DNA of 41,247 nt from Candidatus Acidiferrales bacterium (GTDB lineage: Bacteria > Acidobacteriota > Terriglobia > Acidiferrales > UBA7541), in the NCBI GenBank assembly GCA_038227545.1, contig JBBRPU010000001.1, forward strand, positions 1 through 41,247. The letters are read 5' to 3'. Made by a program: the position numbers and the translations under genes. Below, in pieces: positions 9,585-18,620 of the stretch (its first letter is position 1; each line of letters begins with the position of its first letter). The notes under the pieces are model-generated. The model was not told where the DNA came from, did not search any database, and saw only the letters and a program-made list of their open reading frames with translations.

Positions 9585-10415
9585 TCACTTCATGCCCGGC
9601 GATCGTGGCTGTGAGGTTGGCGCGGTTTCGGATTTGGTAGTGGATTTCGCTGCCGGCATAGCGAACAGCGCGTCGTCCAGCGGCACATTCACTTCCACTT
9701 TCTCCACGGTATATTTGGTGCGTACGGGGTTGCCCTTCTCGCCGTTTTCGAAAGCAAAAGGGATAAACAATCCGTCCACCTGTTCGTAATCTCCGTAGAA
9801 ATTCTCGGTAAACTGCACGGCGCCGCGGATGTTGCTTTGATTTTCCATTTTGATTTCGAGAAAGGAGTCGGCGTCGAGAAAGTAATAGCGCACATCGCCA
9901 TTTTTCAAGGAAAGCTTAATCTTGAAGCAATCCGTGCCTTCCACCGAATCGTGACCGACTAGTTCCGCGTGGTGGCCCTTTTCTTTGTAGTCCACCAGCG
10001 GACCGTCCAGGTCGGCGTCAATGGTCAGGCCTTTTAAGTCATCCTGGGATAACAACTCCGCGTCTTTACGGCCGCCAAAAGGGGATACCTGCCATCCAGT
10101 TTTGCCATCGTAAGCCTGAATCTGGGCCAAGCCCTGGATGATGGCTTCTTCCCGTACCATGCCGGGTCGCTTGTTTTCCTGCAAAAAGGCGGCGCGAAAC
10201 GATCCCTGGTTGAGTTTCCCGGTGGTACGAATAGTTTTGACGGACTTTAATTTTTCCATTCCGCCGTGGGCCTGAATGTTTTTGGCGATGACTTCATCCA
10301 GGGTCTGGGCGCGAGCGCCGAGCGGCAATAGAAATAGAAACGCCAATGCAGGCATTATCAGTAGGGGAAATCCGCGCAGTGGCTGCGCAGCCGTGCGAGA
10401 AATTGGAATGTTCAA
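9585..10415 (-). CDS. Secreted LolA-like / outer-membrane lipoprotein-sorting family protein
   Basis: Signal peptide ending ARA-QT; TLDEVIAKNIQAHGG..KLKSVKT and VEVNVPLDDALFAMP family motifs. TTG 10415 follows GGAGA; start uncertain. Confidence 0.7.
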   Translation of the reverse strand: MNIPISRTAAQPLRGFPLLIMPALAFLFLLPLGARAQTLDEVIAKNIQAHGGMEKLKSVKTIRTTGKLNQGSFRAAFLQENKRPGMVREEAIIQGLAQIQAYDGKTGWQVSPFGGRKDAELLSQDDLKGLTIDADLDGPLVDYKEKGHHAELVGHDSVEGTDCFKIKLSLKNGDVRYYFLDADSFLEIKMENQSNIRGAVQFTENFYGDYEQVDGLFIPFAFENGEKGNPVRTKYTVEKVEVNVPLDDALFAMPAAKSTTKSETAPTSQPRSPGMK

Positions 10416-10627
10416 GTGGATTTCTCCGTTAGAAAACAGCACATGACCTTATAGCAAAGTAATCGCCGCAGAAGAAGGACCCTTCGTTAGTAGGACGAAG
10501 ACCGTTGGCATTCGTGAGCATTGGTGGTCATGTTTTAAGAATTCGGAGATGCAAGCGCGCGGTCGGAACCACAACGGGTCGGCAGTCGCGATTGCAGCCC
10601 GGATTGTTGACGTACCACGCCGCAAGT

Positions 10628-10647
10628 GAAAACGGCATTCCGTTTTC
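10628..10647. promoter_or_regulatory. Palindrome GAAAACGG-N4-CCGTTTTC in a divergent promoter region
   Basis: Perfect 8-bp arms just upstream of TG-n-TATCTT (10657-10665), which precedes pagL. Confidence 0.4.
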
Positions 10648-10721
10648 GCGCACATTTGATATCTTAACGGGACACCGGGCCGCTCGCGGAGGAAATTCAT
10701 GACTGTTCGAGAGAATTCATA

Positions 10722-11306
10722 GTGAAGCGAATAGCGGCCTTGGCCTTATTGGCATCGTTGGTCATCTGCGGAGGCGCACGCGCGCAGTCCGGACCAGAAC
10801 GGGGCGGGCACGAAATGCAATTGTGGACGGGCGGAGGGCACGGTACGAATGGCAGCCAGTCCGGCGATGGAGTCTTCAATGTTGGCGCGCGTTATGGGTG
10901 GATCCTGACGGATGCACATGGGACCGGATTTTTGCGCGGGCGCTTCGAGTACGCGGTAGATGTAGTGCCGATTTTCGTGGTGGTGCAGAGGACGAATACG
11001 GCCTACGGATTTGGCGTCAATCCCTTCGCGTTGAAATGGAATTTCGCGACGCACGGAAGCGTCGCGCCTTATGTGGATTTGGGCGGCGGCACACTGTTCA
11101 CCAATACGAAAGTGCCGGAAAACACTTCGCATGTGAATTTCACGACCAGCGGAGCTTTGGGGGCGCATTTCCTGCGCAGCAAATACAACTGGAGCCTGGA
11201 AGTGCGCTACATGCACATTTCCAATGCGGGCATATCGCGGCCGAATCCGGGAATCAACACGATCCAGGTGCGGTTGGGTTTTGGAATGTTCACGCAGCCG
11301 CGGTAA
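10722..11306 (+). CDS. pagL: Lipid A 3-O-deacylase / acyloxyacyl hydrolase, PagL-like beta-barrel
   Basis: Signal peptide; alternating beta strands; NF motif; catalytic H-x-S-N (YMHISNAG) and NPGIN. Confidence 0.8.
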   Translation: MKRIAALALLASLVICGGARAQSGPERGGHEMQLWTGGGHGTNGSQSGDGVFNVGARYGWILTDAHGTGFLRGRFEYAVDVVPIFVVVQRTNTAYGFGVNPFALKWNFATHGSVAPYVDLGGGTLFTNTKVPENTSHVNFTTSGALGAHFLRSKYNWSLEVRYMHISNAGISRPNPGINTIQVRLGFGMFTQPR

Positions 11307-11410
11307 TATTCAGGCGGCCAGATGCGCTGCTGCTGCGGCGAATGGTGAAGCGCAAGCAAAACAGTTTGGAGCATAATGATTGCTGCAGCCATGATTGGGA
11401 GGCAAAAACA

Positions 11411-11983
11411 ATGTCGAAAAAATCTACGGTTAAGACTCGTTTGATTTTCATCGTGTTTGCAATCGTTTTGATGGTGGCGTTGGGAGTCGGATACCGCGTC
11501 GCGCGCGCTGGAGACAAAGCGCCAGCGGTAGGAACGGCGGCGCCGGACTTCACCTTGAACTCGCAGGAGAATAAGCCGGTAAGCCTGCACGACTACAAGG
11601 GCAAATGGGTGGTGTTGTATTTTTACCCTAAGGATTTCACCAGCGGGTGCACGGTGGAGGCGCACAACTTCCAGCGTGACCAAGCGCAATATGACGCGAA
11701 GAACGCGGTGATTATTGGCGTGAGCATGCAGGACGCGGACTCGCATCAGAAGTTCTGCGCCAAGGAAGGGTTGAGCTTCAAGCTGCTGGCCGACACGGAC
11801 AGCCAAGTTTCGAAGGCTTACGATTCGGTGATGAATCTTGGCGTGACCAAGCTTTCTTCGCGGCACACTTTCTTGATCGATCCCAGTGGGACGGTGCAAA
11901 AAGTGTATACCGACGTGAAGCCCGAGAAGCACAGCGAAGAAGTGCTGGCCGCCCTGGGTGCGTTGCAGAGCAGCAGCAAATAA
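11411..11983 (+). CDS. bcp: Peroxiredoxin, BCP/PrxQ type, with N-terminal membrane anchor or signal peptide
   Basis: VVLYFYPKDFTSGCTVEA peroxidatic motif; second Cys in SHQKFC; RHTFLID; GGAGG before ATG 11411. Confidence 0.9.
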   Translation: MSKKSTVKTRLIFIVFAIVLMVALGVGYRVARAGDKAPAVGTAAPDFTLNSQENKPVSLHDYKGKWVVLYFYPKDFTSGCTVEAHNFQRDQAQYDAKNAVIIGVSMQDADSHQKFCAKEGLSFKLLADTDSQVSKAYDSVMNLGVTKLSSRHTFLIDPSGTVQKVYTDVKPEKHSEEVLAALGALQSSSK

Positions 11984-12010
11984 GGCGACAGCTTTTTAAG
12001 TAAGGTGTTT

Positions 12011-12406
12011 TTAGCGATTGGCTAGAAGTGGCAGGCCGGGAAGTTCTTGCAGGCGCAGGTCCGCGGTCACCAAAGTTAAGCCATAGACTTTGGCGGTGGC
12101 CACCAGGAAGCGGTCGCCGGGATCTCGATAGCCCAGAAGCGTGAATCGTAGCTCGTGGGCGACCGCGGATGTGAAGGTGGCTTCCTGAAGGTCCAGTTCC
12201 CGCATGGATTGCTCTACCCATTCCCCCATGTCACGGTGAAGTTCCAGGCGTTTTTTTTCTACCAGCATGACCAACTCCCAGATGCTTATGGGAGAGAGCC
12301 ACAGCTCGTTGCCCGGGTCGCCGAGCTCTTTGGTCACTTCAGAGGTAATTTTCCAGGGTTCGAGGTGATTCCAAATCCAGATGTGGGTGTCCAGCAGGAG
12401 TTTCAT
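12011..12406 (-). CDS. vapC: VapC PIN-domain toxin
   Basis: MKLLLDTHIWIW, SPISIWE, RDPGDRFLVATA, LVTAD. Confidence 0.92.
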   Translation of the reverse strand: MKLLLDTHIWIWNHLEPWKITSEVTKELGDPGNELWLSPISIWELVMLVEKKRLELHRDMGEWVEQSMRELDLQEATFTSAVAHELRFTLLGYRDPGDRFLVATAKVYGLTLVTADLRLQELPGLPLLANR

Positions 12407-12457
12407 CGGGAGTTTGTTCTCGCGAGCCGGTCGTGGTTTGCGATGGGCTTTGAGTGC

Positions 12458-12697
12458 CTAGTTTCCGGCTGCGTCCCAGTCGGATTCGTCTCCGATGGGG
12501 CCCACGATGTCGCCAACTATGTGGCCGGTTCCGGACATGGTTCCGAGGCGACGAACTGGCTTTAGCGCGCCGGGCGCTACGATTTCCGCGACGGGATGTC
12601 CGAAGCGAGTAATGAGGACCGGCTCACCCGTTTTACGCACACGTTCTAAAACCGCCAGGCAGGTAGCTTTGAATTTTGAGATGGCCATTTTTTCCAC
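12458..12697 (-). CDS. Phd/YefM family antitoxin
   Basis: ISKFKATCLAVLERVRKTGEPVLITRFGHPVAEIV; GTG start at 12697 with GGAG 6 nt upstream. Confidence 0.88.
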   Translation of the reverse strand: MEKMAISKFKATCLAVLERVRKTGEPVLITRFGHPVAEIVAPGALKPVRRLGTMSGTGHIVGDIVGPIGDESDWDAAGN

Positions 12698-12751
12698 TGC
12701 TGTCTCCAGGTAGTGACGAGACGATGATAGCAAGGAGAGGAGCGGATGTCA

Positions 12752-12770
12752 ACTATAGTCTGACTATGGT
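12752..12770. promoter_or_regulatory. Probable toxin-antitoxin autoregulatory operator
   Basis: ACTATAGTC-T-GACTATGGT inverted repeat (8 of 9 arm positions complementary), about 55 bp upstream of the antitoxin. Confidence 0.65.
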
Positions 12771-12802
12771 CATTTTACTGTACGAGGCCTACCGAGAGTG
12801 CC

Positions 12803-15800
12803 TTACGGCTCATCATCACCGCCTCCACTGGCAACTGGTTGGTCGCTGGCGGGCCGATCCGGATCGATCGCGGCCTGGCCAGCTTCGGTTAATGATTGGT
12901 TGAGCGCCGGAATTTGCTTCTCGCGGACGAGCTTCCATTGCGCTTGCAACTTCTGAAGTGCGTCCTGCAGTTCGCGGTACACCGTCTGAGCCTGGGTGGT
13001 GGGCGCCGCGTCTGCGCTGTCGGCTACCGCCAGCACGTTCCCGAAACGCTGATTGAGGGTCGAGAAATTTTCGGACGCCTTACCGCTGGAGGGCACGCCA
13101 TAAAAGCTGCTTTGCGCGCCGCCCTCCAGATCGCCAAGTTGCTTTTTCAAGGCGACGATGGAATCGGACGGGCCTCCCGGCGCGGCCGGCAACTTTTTCG
13201 AACGCTCATCCAGTTGCTCGCGAACGGAGCGCACCTCCGAAAGCATTTTGAAACTTTCATTCATTCCGCGCACCGAACCACTTTCCATTTCAAACTGGGC
13301 GCGCAGCTCGGCGTCCGCTGTCTTGATGCGCGGATCCATCTTCAGCGTGAGTGGTTGCGTGTAGGTCTTTCCATCCACGGTGAGCTGGACGGTGTAGCTG
13401 CCGGGGAGCGCCAAAGCACCGAGCGGCAATTCTGGAGTGTTGCGATAGATCGCGGAGATCGGAAATTCATGATCTAACGCCGCCGGCGCCGGATAATGCA
13501 AATCCCATACAAAACGGTGGAATCCGGCTTCCGCGGACAGCATCTGCTGAGGGCGGACCCAGTACATGGGTATGGGATTTTCCGCCGCGATCTTCTCCAG
13601 GGACTTGGGCTTGTCGGTGCTGGCGTAACCGCGGACCAGGCGATTTTGTGCATCGAAGATTTCGAGTTTTACTTCGCGCGCAGAGGCGACTGCGAGTGAG
13701 TAGTCAATGATGGCGCCGTCGGGGGGATTCTGACCTGCAGGGATCTCGGGCGGCAGGGGCGTGTCGGTATTGCGATTCCAGCGGAAACGGACAGCGGTTT
13801 GCGGCGCGAACAAGTGCGCAGCCGCCGCGGGAATTTCAGCCACCCACTGACGCAGCGGGGAGATGTCGTCGAGTATCCAGAAGGATCGGCCGTGCGTGCC
13901 TACGATCAAGTCATCTCCATGGATGGCCAGATCGCGCATGGAAGTGTGCGGAAGATTCAGTTGCAGCGGCTGCCAGTTGTCCCCGTCGTTGAAGGAAACA
14001 TAAACGGAAGTCTCCGTGCCGGCATAAAGCAAACCCCTGCGGACGGGATCTTCGCGCACGACATTGGTGGCAGCATTTTCAGGAAGCCCCTTATTGATCT
14101 CCTGCCAGGTTTTTCCAAAGTCGCGAGTGCGGTAAATGTACGGGCGCAACTCATCCAGCCGGAAAGAATTGATGGCCGCATAAGCTGTGCCTGCGGCGTA
14201 ATGTCCCGCTTCGATTGCGGAAACTTTGCTCCAGGGCGTCAACTGCGGCGGCGTAATGTTCTGCCAGGATTTACCGGCATCACGCGTGATGTGGATCAGG
14301 CCATCATCGGTACCAGCCCAGATGGTGTTGGCCTCTTTGAACGATGGCGCCACCGCGTAAATCACGCCGCGGTGTTTTCCTTTTTCCGGATCCACGGCTT
14401 CAAACACTCCGAGATTCGGCGGGGTGGCATAGGACTCGCGGGATAAATCCGGACTGATCACCTGCCAGCTCTTGCCGGCATCGAGCGTCTTAAACAAAAC
14501 ATTAGCGGAGAAGAAAAGTTCGCGATGATTCAACGGAGAAAAGACTACCGGCAAAGTGCGGTCGTAGCGATACTCACCGCGGCGCACCGGTTCGGGAGTC
14601 ACATCCGCGACTTCTCCGAGCGCTTGATTGGTGCGCGTCAGGCGCGCGCCGTAGAGGATGTTGGAGTCGAACGGGTCAACGGCGATATAGCCGTATTCGA
14701 AAACGCCGACGGAGTGCCACTCGCGAAAGGTGATTTCACCGTAATCGCTGCGGCTCATAGTGCCAGCGGAGCCGCTTTCCTGCTGCGCTCCGTAAACCCA
14801 ATACGGAAAGCGATTATCCGTGGTGACGTGATAAAACTGCGCGGTGGGCTGGTTGTACCAACTGCTCCAGGTATCGCCGCCATTCGCGCTGATGACCGCG
14901 CCCTGGTCAGCGGTTAAAGCAATAATTTGGGGATTCTCTTTGCTGATCCACCAGCGCTGGTAATCGTCGCCGCCGGGAGCGCCCTTGAAGCCCACAAATG
15001 TTTTCGCGCCGTCGGTGGATTTCCACGACGAAGTGTTGGCTACATACACTACATCGGGATTATCCGGGGCCACCGCGATGCCCATGGCGCCGGGTCCGCG
15101 TCCGCCGATGCGGCGGTCGGAGTTCACCAACTTCCAGGTTTCGCCGGTGTCGTCGGAGCTATAGATGCCGGCGTTTTTTTTCCCTTCTACGTCGAGGTAC
15201 AGGCGATTGGGTTGGCTTACAGATACGGCGATGCCCATGCGGCTGACGCCATCGTCCGGCCCCGGCAGGCCGTTGGTGAGCGGGTGCCAAGTGTCACCAC
15301 CATCGGTGGACTTGAACAAGCCACTGCCGGGCGCAACGAAGGATTCGCCGCTGCGAATTTCCCACGGCGCTACGCGAGCGGCCCAGAGCACGGCGTACAT
15401 GATGTGCGGATTGGAAGGGTCGAGAGCCAGGTCGGCGGCACCGGTGTTCTCGTCTTTATACAAAACTTTTTGAAAAGTTTGGCCGCCATCCGTGGAGCGG
15501 AAAACCCCACGTTCGGAATTTGGTCCGTAGGGATGGCCCAAGGCGGCTACGAACAAGCGATTGGAGTCCTGCGGATCCACAACGATGGAGGCGATTTGTT
15601 GAGCGTCGCGCAGGCCGAGATGCGTCCAAGTTTTTCCCGCGTCCGTGGATTTGTAAATGCCATCACCGGTGGATAGGTCGGGCCGCTGCAGGCCTTCTCC
15701 GCTGCCGACATAGATGACGTTGGGATCAGATTCGGCAACCGCCAACGCTCCCACCGAGCCGGTGGGTTGATCGTCAAATATCGGGGCCCAGGTGTTTCCG

Positions 15801-16072
15801 AAGTCAGTGGTCTTCCACACTCCGCCGTTGACCGCCGCCATGTAAAAAACATTGGGCTGATGCGGAACTCCGCTGATGGCTACGGTGCGTCCGGCGCGAA
15901 ATGGTCCGATACAGCGCCAACGCATCTCGCGAAAAAAGGTGGGGCTGGGCGTTTCCGTGGATTGCACCGCCGAAGTTGCGCCAGTGTTCTGGGCGCACGC
16001 AACTCGCGTGGTTCCTTCAAAACAAATGGCGACGCACAGCAGGGCGATAGTAATTGGCAGCTTCCGCATCAA
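12803..16072 (-). CDS. Secreted sortilin/VPS10-like BNR beta-propeller protein, paralogue 2
   Basis: Signal peptide; WRCIGPFRAGR; Asp-boxes; FKGAPGGDDY; WYNQPTAQFYHV; THGRSFWILD. Confidence 0.88.
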   Translation of the reverse strand: MMRKLPITIALLCVAICFEGTTRVACAQNTGATSAVQSTETPSPTFFREMRWRCIGPFRAGRTVAISGVPHQPNVFYMAAVNGGVWKTTDFGNTWAPIFDDQPTGSVGALAVAESDPNVIYVGSGEGLQRPDLSTGDGIYKSTDAGKTWTHLGLRDAQQIASIVVDPQDSNRLFVAALGHPYGPNSERGVFRSTDGGQTFQKVLYKDENTGAADLALDPSNPHIMYAVLWAARVAPWEIRSGESFVAPGSGLFKSTDGGDTWHPLTNGLPGPDDGVSRMGIAVSVSQPNRLYLDVEGKKNAGIYSSDDTGETWKLVNSDRRIGGRGPGAMGIAVAPDNPDVVYVANTSSWKSTDGAKTFVGFKGAPGGDDYQRWWISKENPQIIALTADQGAVISANGGDTWSSWYNQPTAQFYHVTTDNRFPYWVYGAQQESGSAGTMSRSDYGEITFREWHSVGVFEYGYIAVDPFDSNILYGARLTRTNQALGEVADVTPEPVRRGEYRYDRTLPVVFSPLNHRELFFSANVLFKTLDAGKSWQVISPDLSRESYATPPNLGVFEAVDPEKGKHRGVIYAVAPSFKEANTIWAGTDDGLIHITRDAGKSWQNITPPQLTPWSKVSAIEAGHYAAGTAYAAINSFRLDELRPYIYRTRDFGKTWQEINKGLPENAATNVVREDPVRRGLLYAGTETSVYVSFNDGDNWQPLQLNLPHTSMRDLAIHGDDLIVGTHGRSFWILDDISPLRQWVAEIPAAAAHLFAPQTAVRFRWNRNTDTPLPPEIPAGQNPPDGAIIDYSLAVASAREVKLEIFDAQNRLVRGYASTDKPKSLEKIAAENPIPMYWVRPQQMLSAEAGFHRFVWDLHYPAPAALDHEFPISAIYRNTPELPLGALALPGSYTVQLTVDGKTYTQPLTLKMDPRIKTADAELRAQFEMESGSVRGMNESFKMLSEVRSVREQLDERSKKLPAAPGGPSDSIVALKKQLGDLEGGAQSSFYGVPSSGKASENFSTLNQRFGNVLAVADSADAAPTTQAQTVYRELQDALQKLQAQWKLVREKQIPALNQSLTEAGQAAIDPDRPASDQPVASGGGDDEP

Positions 16073-16194
16073 GTATCCTCCGGGAAGTTAGGGAGGATAG
16101 CGCGTGCGATGCGTGCAAGCAACGCCAGACCGGATTTTTAGCAAACACCGAGGCCAAGCTGCTCTCGGCGGGCCGGATTAAAGATAGACTTTTC

Positions 16195-18315
16195 TTACTC
16201 CCCGGAGTTTTTGGTTTTCGGCTGGTCGGGCGGTCGGGCCGGTGCGGAGTCGCCCTTTACATAGTGGTTGTACCAGGCCATGTAGCGTTCGAGCCGGTCC
16301 TTTATGTGCGACGGCGTGGAGAATTCGTGGTACTCGTCGGGGTACACCACCAACTCCGTGGTTTTTCCAAGACTTTTGAGAGCCTGATACATCTGCTCAC
16401 CGTTGATGATGGGGACGTTCCAGTCAATATTGCCGCCCATGATGAGCGTCGGGGTAGTGATGCTGGTCACGCGAGTGAACGGTGAGATCTTGTCCCAGAG
16501 AGCCTTCTTTTCCCACGGCCGTCCGAGCTCGGTTTCCCAGTCACGCTGATAATGATCGTGGCCGTAGTTGGTGGAATACAGAAATTCTCCCGCGCCGGAG
16601 ATGGCGGCTTTGAAGCGCGTCGTCTGCGTGATGATGAAATTCGTGGAGATGCCACCGTAAGACCAACCGCCAACGCCGAGCTTTTCGGGATCGGCAATGC
16701 CCTGCTGCACGGCGTAATCCACCATGGCCATGTCATCTTGAAAATCCTTGTTGCCCCAGTCGGCAAAAATGGCTTGCGCATATTTTTGTCCGTAACCGGT
16801 CGAGCCGCGCGGGTTCGGATAGAGCACGGCATAACCGTTCGCGGTGAACAACTGGGTAAGATGCGCAAATTCCGCGTAGTAGGCCCACACCGGGCCGCCA
16901 TGCGGACGCAAAATCGTAGGAACTTTTTTACCGGGCGTGTAATCCAGGGGCTTATAGAGATAGCCGGAGACGTTTGTGCCGTCTTTACTTTTGAAATGGA
17001 CGTACTCGCCGTGGGAAAGCTTGAGTTGGGCGAAGAGCGCGTCGTTGGTGTGGGTGAGCTGCGTTAGTTTGCCGCCAGGGATGGTAAAAATCTCGTCGGG
17101 GCGGTCTATGGTGGCGACCTGCGCAGCGATGTCTCCATTTTTTCCTAGGTTGTAGCCGTTGACTGCCAGCTTTCCGCCAACGGATCGGGTGACGTCTCCA
17201 CCGGTTGCCGGAATGCTGCAGAGGTTCAGTCCGCCGTCATCATCCGCGACGAAATAGATGGTCTTGCCGTCGGGTGAAAAATGAGGATCGGTGACCATGC
17301 GATCGAAGGATCGGGTTAAGACTTTTGCTTCGCCTCCAGTGGCCGAAATCACTGCAAGATGCTTGGTGCCGTACTCGAATTCCGCGGGATCGAGGCGCGT
17401 GGTGTAGGCGATCCACTTTCCATCGGGCGACCACGCCGGCTCGCGGTCTTCGCCGGGGCTTTTGGTTACCTGGATGAGATGGGCGCCTTTGTCGATGTTG
17501 TCGGCGGCGACCACCCAGATGTCCACGTTGTACGTGGCGTCGGGATCGGGCGTGGAACGATTGCTGGCGAAAGCCAGTTGTTTGCCGTCGGGAGACCAGG
17601 CGATCTGATCGTCATCGTAATCGCCGGAAGTGATTTGCGTCAGGCTGCGTTTAGACACGTCGAAAACGTAGGCGTGGGTGCGGCGACGGTCGAGATAACC
17701 AATTTCGTCCTGCTTGAACTGCCGGCGGTCAATGACCCAGGGGCGCTGGCTCCTGGGTTTCTTTTCTTTGGCGTCCTTGTCTTTGTCTTTATCGGAATCC
17801 TTATCGTCCTGATCCTTGAAAGCGTCGAGTTCCTCGCGGGAGGCATCGCGCATCACCAGAGCGAGGCGCGTGCTGTCCGGCGCCCACGCCAGTTCGTCAA
17901 TATCCTGAGGCGTATTCGTCAGGCGCTGCGCTTCCCCGCCGAGCCGGTTGAGGAGCCAGACCTGGGTTTTGCCGTCATTACGCGCGGAAAGATACGCGAG
18001 ATACTTTCCGTCGGGACTCCAGCGCGGGTGCGATGAAGAAGTGCCTTCCACCGTCAGCGCGATGGCCTCGCCGCCAGCCACGGGAATCATCCAGATGCGC
18101 TCCTCGTTCTTGTCTTCTTTGAGGAGCGGCGTTTTGACGGAGTAGGCGATCGACCCGCCGTCGGGGCTGATTTGCGGATCGTGTACTTCATGAATCTGGA
18201 AGTAATCGTCAATGGTGATGGCGCGCTGCGCCTGGGCGGGCAACGCGAAAAATCCAACCGCGGCGGCGAGAATTGTTGCCAGCGCGAAAGCACGAAAAGC
18301 GGGAAGCAGCTTCAT
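16195..18315 (-). CDS. Secreted S9 family serine peptidase (acylaminoacyl/dipeptidyl peptidase-like) with PD40 propeller
   Basis: Signal peptide; repeated WSPDG; HGGP; NPRGSTGYG; nucleophile GWSYGG; DWNVP; YPDEYH. Confidence 0.93.
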   Translation of the reverse strand: MKLLPAFRAFALATILAAAVGFFALPAQAQRAITIDDYFQIHEVHDPQISPDGGSIAYSVKTPLLKEDKNEERIWMIPVAGGEAIALTVEGTSSSHPRWSPDGKYLAYLSARNDGKTQVWLLNRLGGEAQRLTNTPQDIDELAWAPDSTRLALVMRDASREELDAFKDQDDKDSDKDKDKDAKEKKPRSQRPWVIDRRQFKQDEIGYLDRRRTHAYVFDVSKRSLTQITSGDYDDDQIAWSPDGKQLAFASNRSTPDPDATYNVDIWVVAADNIDKGAHLIQVTKSPGEDREPAWSPDGKWIAYTTRLDPAEFEYGTKHLAVISATGGEAKVLTRSFDRMVTDPHFSPDGKTIYFVADDDGGLNLCSIPATGGDVTRSVGGKLAVNGYNLGKNGDIAAQVATIDRPDEIFTIPGGKLTQLTHTNDALFAQLKLSHGEYVHFKSKDGTNVSGYLYKPLDYTPGKKVPTILRPHGGPVWAYYAEFAHLTQLFTANGYAVLYPNPRGSTGYGQKYAQAIFADWGNKDFQDDMAMVDYAVQQGIADPEKLGVGGWSYGGISTNFIITQTTRFKAAISGAGEFLYSTNYGHDHYQRDWETELGRPWEKKALWDKISPFTRVTSITTPTLIMGGNIDWNVPIINGEQMYQALKSLGKTTELVVYPDEYHEFSTPSHIKDRLERYMAWYNHYVKGDSAPARPPDQPKTKNSGE

Positions 18316-18502
18316 GGAGACTCCTGAATTATTGAACTTTATGGCGAACGGCGGAGTCTAACACGGCAGGGCTGCCGGAGAGGGCCGGAGGGAATAGAAT
18401 CCGCAGTGACGTCCGGCCAAGAAGCGCCTCGTCGCCGACCGCGGCGGAAAAAATTTATCGGCCATCACCAGGCATACCCAACTTCCAGTACCGCGCAAAA
18501 AT

Positions 18503-18535
18503 AAATCTGTAGCATGCAGATTTTTCTTGCATGCA
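18503..18535. promoter_or_regulatory. Nested inverted repeats / tandem (A/T)GCATGCA boxes in the divergent peptidase-permease promoter
   Basis: AAATCTG-N7-CAGATTT (18503-18523) overlaps GCATGCA-N9-TGCATGC (18512-18534). Confidence 0.45.
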
Positions 18536-18620
18536 GCGATGAGTCTTGTATTCTTCGATTGCGAACTCGCTTCACCGCCGCGCGAGAGTGAGGATCGCTC
18601 AAGGAGGACGAAAGTAAAAA

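Noticed and set aside
10823-11410. N-terminal 196 aa of the 386-aa ORF, suggesting a peroxiredoxin fusion
   Set aside because: Overlaps pagL in another frame; the peroxiredoxin has its own GGAGG and ATG at 11411.
16140-16158. Sigma-54-like TTGGC...TTGCT upstream of paralogue 2 (and a similar TTGGC...AAGCA at ~38581-38598)
   Set aside because: GG-to-GC spacing is 11 rather than the strictly required 10.
17755-17820. Short repeats encoding DKDSDKDKDKDAKEKK
   Set aside because: An ordinary charged low-complexity loop in an S9 peptidase, not a contingency repeat.
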